Shown here piece by piece: positions 28,546 to 32,000 of a DNA stretch of 32,000 nucleotides (position 1 is its first letter; each line of letters starts with the position of its first letter). The stretch comes from Thermococcus kodakarensis KOD1. Lineage in GTDB: Archaea > Methanobacteriota_B > Thermococci > Thermococcales > Thermococcaceae. Under the pieces are notes generated by a model. It saw only the letters and a list, made by a program, of their open reading frames with translations, ran no database searches and was not told where the DNA came from. The translations under genes and the position numbers were made by a program. Location: contig NC_006624.1 of the NCBI RefSeq assembly GCF_000009965.1, positions 1,470,001 to 1,502,000 on the forward strand, written 5' to 3'.

Positions 28546-28944
28546 TCTCTCACCTTCTTGTAATTACATGATTTAAAAATGAGACATCATTCTCAACAAG
28601 TTACTAAAATCCCACTTAACACCTATTAGGCGCACCTCCTTAAAAGGGTTCTTAAAAAGTTCGATTTGCGCGCTTTTTAGTCCTGAAACAGTTTTTTGAT
28701 GGCAAATTATGGGAAAAGTCCAACAGTTGGGCTGCAAGAATAAACCCCTGCCCATTGGGTTCTGCAGTTAAATATCCCCTGAGCTTCTCCCACTGGGAGC
28801 TAAGAGGACATTACTTAAACTAGAAAACAACAAAAACTTCAGGGGATTTCCAACTGCAGGGACATAGTATAGTTATTTTCCAGAAGGGGGATTACAAAGG
28901 AGAGTAAAACACGGGGTTCGAAGTTCATCTGGAGCCCAGTTGAA

Positions 28945-29020
28945 TGGTAGCCCCGCGGGGATTCGAACCCCGGTCGCGGGATCCAGAGTCCCGCATGCTT
29001 GGCCGCTACACCACGGGGCT
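28945..29020 (-). tRNA. tRNA-Gln (anticodon CUG), CCA encoded
   Basis: The reverse complement is AGCCCCGTGGTGTAGCGGCCAAGCATGCGGGACTCTGGATCCCGCGACCGGGGTTCGAATCCCCGCGGGGCTACCA, with anticodon loop CTCTGGA. It has the A1-U72 pair typical of archaeal tRNA-Gln. Confidence 0.96.
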
Positions 29021-29047
29021 GTACCCGTTGATAGCTCCGATGGTGGA

Positions 29048-29055
29048 TTTATAAA
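29048..29055 (-). promoter_or_regulatory. TATA box for tRNA-Gln, in a divergent promoter region shared with tRNA-Arg
   Basis: TTTATAAA lies 28 nt from the tRNA-Gln 5' end. A second TATA-like TTTTTAAG at 29082-29089 lies 24 nt upstream of tRNA-Arg on the + strand. Confidence 0.5.
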
Positions 29056-29112
29056 TTTTACTCCTTCTAAAGGCGGTTAGGTTTTTAAGTTTCTTTTCAT
29101 TTTCCCAGATGT

Positions 29113-29190
29113 GGGCCGGTGGCCTAGTCTGGACGGGGCGTCGGCCTTCGGAGCCGAAGGTCCCGGGTTCAAATCCCGGCCGGCCCGCCA
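29113..29190 (+). tRNA. tRNA-Arg (anticodon UCG), CCA encoded
   Basis: The sequence is GGGCCGGTGGCCTAGTCTGGACGGGGCGTCGGCCTTCGGAGCCGAAGGTCCCGGGTTCAAATCCCGGCCGGCCCGCCA, with anticodon loop CTTCGGA. Confidence 0.97.
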
Positions 29191-29637
29191 TAGAAACTTT
29201 GCTGGGCAAAGTTTCATCAAAAATCGAATGTCCTTTTGAGTGCCCAGCTTTTCAGTGATTCTCACCATAAATTGGAAATCCTCAAGGGGTTTGCTCGCAG
29301 TATAACGCCCGAAAGGCGTTAAAAATAAGAAAACCCCTATTCATCTGCAAATTTGTCATGAGAATCCCAATTCTCAGCCAATATCACGAAGACATTCAAG
29401 CTTTTGGTGAAGCTTTTTTCCAAAAGCTTCAGCGCCGCTTTCACTAGCGTTCAAGCGTCCTTAACGGATGGCGGAAGAGTAGTATGCGTTTTTAATGAGC
29501 TGGCTTTTGAGCGGGTTTACTTATCTAGTTGCTAGATTTACAGGATTTCCTCACAGTATAGCGCTCAAAGAGCGCTAAAAAGAAAGGTGAAATCGCAATT
29601 ACCAAGAGATTTTGAGAACAAACCCGCGCAAAGCTGG
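29191..29637. repeat. Two modular hairpin repeat units abutting the tRNA-Arg 3' end; inverted copy of 13210-13656
   Basis: The 30-nt element lies at 29192-29221, GC hairpins at 29303-29321 and 29558-29574, and an AT hairpin at 29409-29430. The block 29401-29585 is roughly 90-95% identical (by eye) to the reverse complement of 13258-13445. Confidence 0.85.
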
Positions 29638-29703
29638 AGAAGTTTGAGCAGAGATTAAACTTCTCCACTTTCTTTCAACGTTAGGGGGAGAAAATATCAA
29701 AAA

Positions 29704-30654
29704 TCACCCCTCAAGAAGCTCCTTAACCGTTCTTCTGACGGCCTCGTAGCTGTTCATCTTTGGTCTCCAACCGGTGGACTTGGCCTTGCCTATGTCGAGG
29801 AGCATGAGCTTAACGTCGCCCTTCCAGCCCCTTCCGCCATCTACCCCGCCAGTAAAGCGGAACTTCGGGCTCAACCCCATCTCCTCGCTAACTATTTCTG
29901 CTATCTCCTTCACTGTTATCCAGTCGTCGTTGCCAAGGTTATAGACGTCGTAGGTCTCGCCGCTTTTCTTGAAGTGTTCGAAGATGTGGAGCATTCCCTC
30001 AACGGTGTCGCTCACGTGGAGGTAGCTCTTCCTCTGAGTTCCATCTCCAAGGATTTCCAGCTCGTTCGGGTTCTTCCGCAGTTTGTTGATGAAGTCGTAT
30101 ATAACGCCGTGGTTCGAGCGCTTGCCGATGATGTTCGCCAGGCGGAAGCTCAAGGCCTTAAAGCCGAATATGTGGGCGTAGCCACTTATTATAGCCTCAG
30201 CCGCGAGCTTTGCACCACCGTAGACACTTATCGGCTTAAGAGGGCCGTAGCTCTCAGGAGTTGGAATGACTTCAGCATCGCCGTAGACCGTTGAGGAGCT
30301 CGTGAAGACGAGGTATTCAACGTCGGAATTCCTCATAGCCTCCAAGAGGTTGTAGGTTATCGTGACGTTGCTTTCGTAGAGCGTTTCAGGGCTCTGGGCG
30401 CTGATTCTAACTTCAGGGTTAGCCGCGAGGTGGAAGACAACATCAACGCCTTCAATGGCCTTTTTTACGGTCTCGAGGTCAACCATGTCACCTTTTATGA
30501 ACTCGAAGCGCTCGTTATCGAGCCAGTGCTTTACGTTGTCCAAGCTCCCGGCGCTCAGGTTGTCCAGAACTCTGACCTCATAGCCACTCTCCATCAGCCC
30601 GTCAACGAGGTGGGAACCGATAAAGCCAGCACCGCCCGTAACTAGGACTTTCAT
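29704..30654 (-). CDS. NAD-dependent nucleoside-diphosphate-sugar epimerase/dehydratase (GalE-like)
   Basis: MKVLVTGGAGFIGSHLV is a Rossmann motif and YGGAKLAAE is the YxxxK motif. ATG is at 30654; the 37-codon extension in the track ORF is not credible. Confidence 0.92.
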   Translation of the reverse strand: MKVLVTGGAGFIGSHLVDGLMESGYEVRVLDNLSAGSLDNVKHWLDNERFEFIKGDMVDLETVKKAIEGVDVVFHLAANPEVRISAQSPETLYESNVTITYNLLEAMRNSDVEYLVFTSSSTVYGDAEVIPTPESYGPLKPISVYGGAKLAAEAIISGYAHIFGFKALSFRLANIIGKRSNHGVIYDFINKLRKNPNELEILGDGTQRKSYLHVSDTVEGMLHIFEHFKKSGETYDVYNLGNDDWITVKEIAEIVSEEMGLSPKFRFTGGVDGGRGWKGDVKLMLLDIGKAKSTGWRPKMNSYEAVRRTVKELLEG

Positions 30655-30737
30655 GTGCACCATCACCCATGTAGTTATCGAGGTCACGTTATTAAACTTT
30701 GGGAAAAGCTTTTTTACTCTAACGTTTAAGTTAAACC

Positions 30738-31145
30738 ATGATGAAAATCTATGACATTCCCCCACAGGGAAGGGAGAAAATAAAAGTGAAAATTCAAGAA
30801 GCCCTCATGAGAAGAGAGGAAGTTATATTTGCTTATCTCCATGGTTCTTTCATCGAAGATAGGCCGTTCAGAGACATTGATGTAGCCGTTTACGTGAAGG
30901 AGAAGCTAGATATATTCTATGAAATGACGCTGGAGGATGAACTTACTGAACTAACGGGGTTTCCCGTTGACGTCCGGGTTCTGAACGAGGCCCCTATTAC
31001 TTTCAGGTTTAAGGTCATAGGCGGAGAACTACTGTTCTCGAAGGATGAAAAAGCAAGGTGCAGGTTCGAGGAAGAGACCATGGCAGAGTACCACGATTAC
31101 TCCTACTACCTCGAACTCTACGGGAGGGAGGCCCTTGGAATATGA
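30738..31145 (+). CDS. Minimal nucleotidyltransferase (MNT/MntA-type antitoxin, Pol-beta superfamily)
   Basis: The GS-x(n)-DxD motif is present (LHGSFIEDRPFRDIDVAVYV). The product is 135 aa and is followed immediately by a HEPN gene. Confidence 0.88.
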   Translation: MMKIYDIPPQGREKIKVKIQEALMRREEVIFAYLHGSFIEDRPFRDIDVAVYVKEKLDIFYEMTLEDELTELTGFPVDVRVLNEAPITFRFKVIGGELLFSKDEKARCRFEEETMAEYHDYSYYLELYGREALGI

Positions 31146-31167
31146 TAGGGACAGAGTAACGAGGCTG

Positions 31168-31566
31168 ATGGGAGAAGCCAAGAATGCCCTTTTCAACATC
31201 CATGAACTTGCAGAGCTTGATGAAGAAGAGTTTCTAAGGAACAAGCATTACATATCTAGCGCAAAGTACAATCTTCTGGTTGCAATTGAGGCATGCATAG
31301 ACATTGCGTATCACCTGATATCAAAAAACAAACTGAGACTACCGAAAGACTACTCGGACGCGTTTAAGGTTCTCCAGGAAAACAATGTTATAAGCAATGA
31401 ACTGGCACGCCGCCTTATCTTAATGGCTCGTTTTAGAAACAGACTTGTGCATATATACTGGGACATTGATGACAGGATGATATACAGAATCATAACCGAA
31501 AACATAACTGATATAGAGAAGTTCTTAGAGCACATCCGTAAAATCCTCGGAGGGGATAACAAATGA
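31168..31566 (+). CDS. HEPN-domain protein (DUF86/HepT-type toxin)
   Basis: Carries the R-x4-H motif RNRLVHIY. The ATG at 31168 is the first Met after the MNT stop. A TTG at 31135 (LEYDRDRVTRL...) is a plausible true start overlapping the MNT 3' end. Confidence 0.85.
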   Translation: MGEAKNALFNIHELAELDEEEFLRNKHYISSAKYNLLVAIEACIDIAYHLISKNKLRLPKDYSDAFKVLQENNVISNELARRLILMARFRNRLVHIYWDIDDRMIYRIITENITDIEKFLEHIRKILGGDNK

Positions 31567-32000
31567 AAGCCGTCATAATGGCCGGTGGCTACGCCACCAG
31601 GCTCTGGCCAATCACAAAAGATGTCCCCAAGGCCCTGCTGCCGGTGGGGGACAGGACGATACTTGACCACATATTGGAGAAGGTCGCAGAAACCGGCCTT
31701 GAAACATATATCTCCACCAACAGGTTCTTCGAGAGCAGATTCAGGCCCTTTGCCGAAAAATGGGGTGTCAAACTCATAGTTGAGGACACACTCCACGAGG
31801 AAGAGAAGCTCGGAACGATAGGCGCGCTGAAGAAGATAATCGAAGAAATAGGCCTTGACGATTATTTGATCATCGCTGGGGACAACCTCTTCTCCTTCTC
31901 GCTCCAGGACTTCCTCAAGCGATACGATGAAAAGCCCCTGATAGCGGTCTATGACGTTGGTAACCCAGAGCTCGCCAAGAGGTACGGCGTTGTGCTCCTA
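31563..32000 (+). CDS. Sugar-phosphate nucleotidyltransferase (glucose-1-phosphate thymidylyl/uridylyltransferase family), N-terminal part (runs off the window)
   Basis: My hand translation from ATG 31563 is MKAVIMAGGYATRLWPITKDVPKALLPVGDRTILDH..., the G-x-G-x-R-L signature. The frame stays open to the window end, and the start overlaps the HEPN stop (ATGA). Confidence 0.9.
   Translation, partial: MKAVIMAGGYATRLWPITKDVPKALLPVGDRTILDHILEKVAETGLETYISTNRFFESRFRPFAEKWGVKLIVEDTLHEEEKLGTIGALKKIIEEIGLDDYLIIAGDNLFSFSLQDFLKRYDEKPLIAVYDVGNPELAKRYGVVLL

Noticed and set aside
31045-31167. The N-terminal part of the 173 aa track ORF for the HEPN protein
   Set aside because: This part lies inside the MNT gene in another frame (MKKQGAGSRKRPWQ...) and is not HEPN-like. 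The real start is near the MNT stop (TTG 31135 or ATG 31168).

Overview
The window reads as a compact, GC-rich hyperthermophilic euryarchaeal chromosome segment of Thermococcus type. From memory only, I recognise the two subtilisin-like proteases (1-344 and 14233-16224) as Tk-subtilisin and Tk-SP of Thermococcus kodakarensis KOD1, which would place the window around TK1675-TK17xx. I cannot verify this here.

I support about 40 protein genes, 4 tRNAs and 1 candidate C/D box sRNA. Most of the content is core metabolism and information processing:
- NAPRTase, an SDR and an Nfn/Sud-type ferredoxin:NADP oxidoreductase pair
- two archaeal CoA-pathway enzymes (phosphopantothenate synthetase and a DUF359 dephospho-CoA kinase)
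- branched-polyamine synthase BpsA, ferredoxin and pyrophosphatase
- the rpoE'-spt4-DPCK-S24e-S27ae operon

The main things that stand out:
1. A co-directional locus at 23.4-28.5 kb. It encodes an ER/SipW-type signal peptidase I with a long membrane and extracellular C-terminal extension. With it are two paralogous small secreted proteins and one larger one that share a post-signal motif G-x-G-(A)NFRxYxxxR, a bitopic membrane protein, and two wHTH regulators. I read this as a candidate TasA/SipW-like (non-type-IV) surface-fibre system and it is my top candidate for an undescribed system.
2. Unusually large non-coding tracts next to two tRNA clusters. They consist of degenerate 220-360 bp modular repeats carrying two hairpin types with compensatory stem changes. 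The arrays lie in inverted orientation, so about 445 bp inverted repeats bracket a 15.5 kb segment.
3. A cysteine-synthase-family gene whose conserved N-terminus sits in a different frame (a 1-nt frameshift at a homopolymer).
4. A canonical-spacing C/D box sRNA candidate in a 75-nt intergenic gap.
5. SurR-like GTTn3AACn5GTT motifs on the nfn promoter.
6. A HEPN/MNT toxin-antitoxin pair wedged between nucleotide-sugar genes.

All homology statements come from motif reading and memory, not from database searches.
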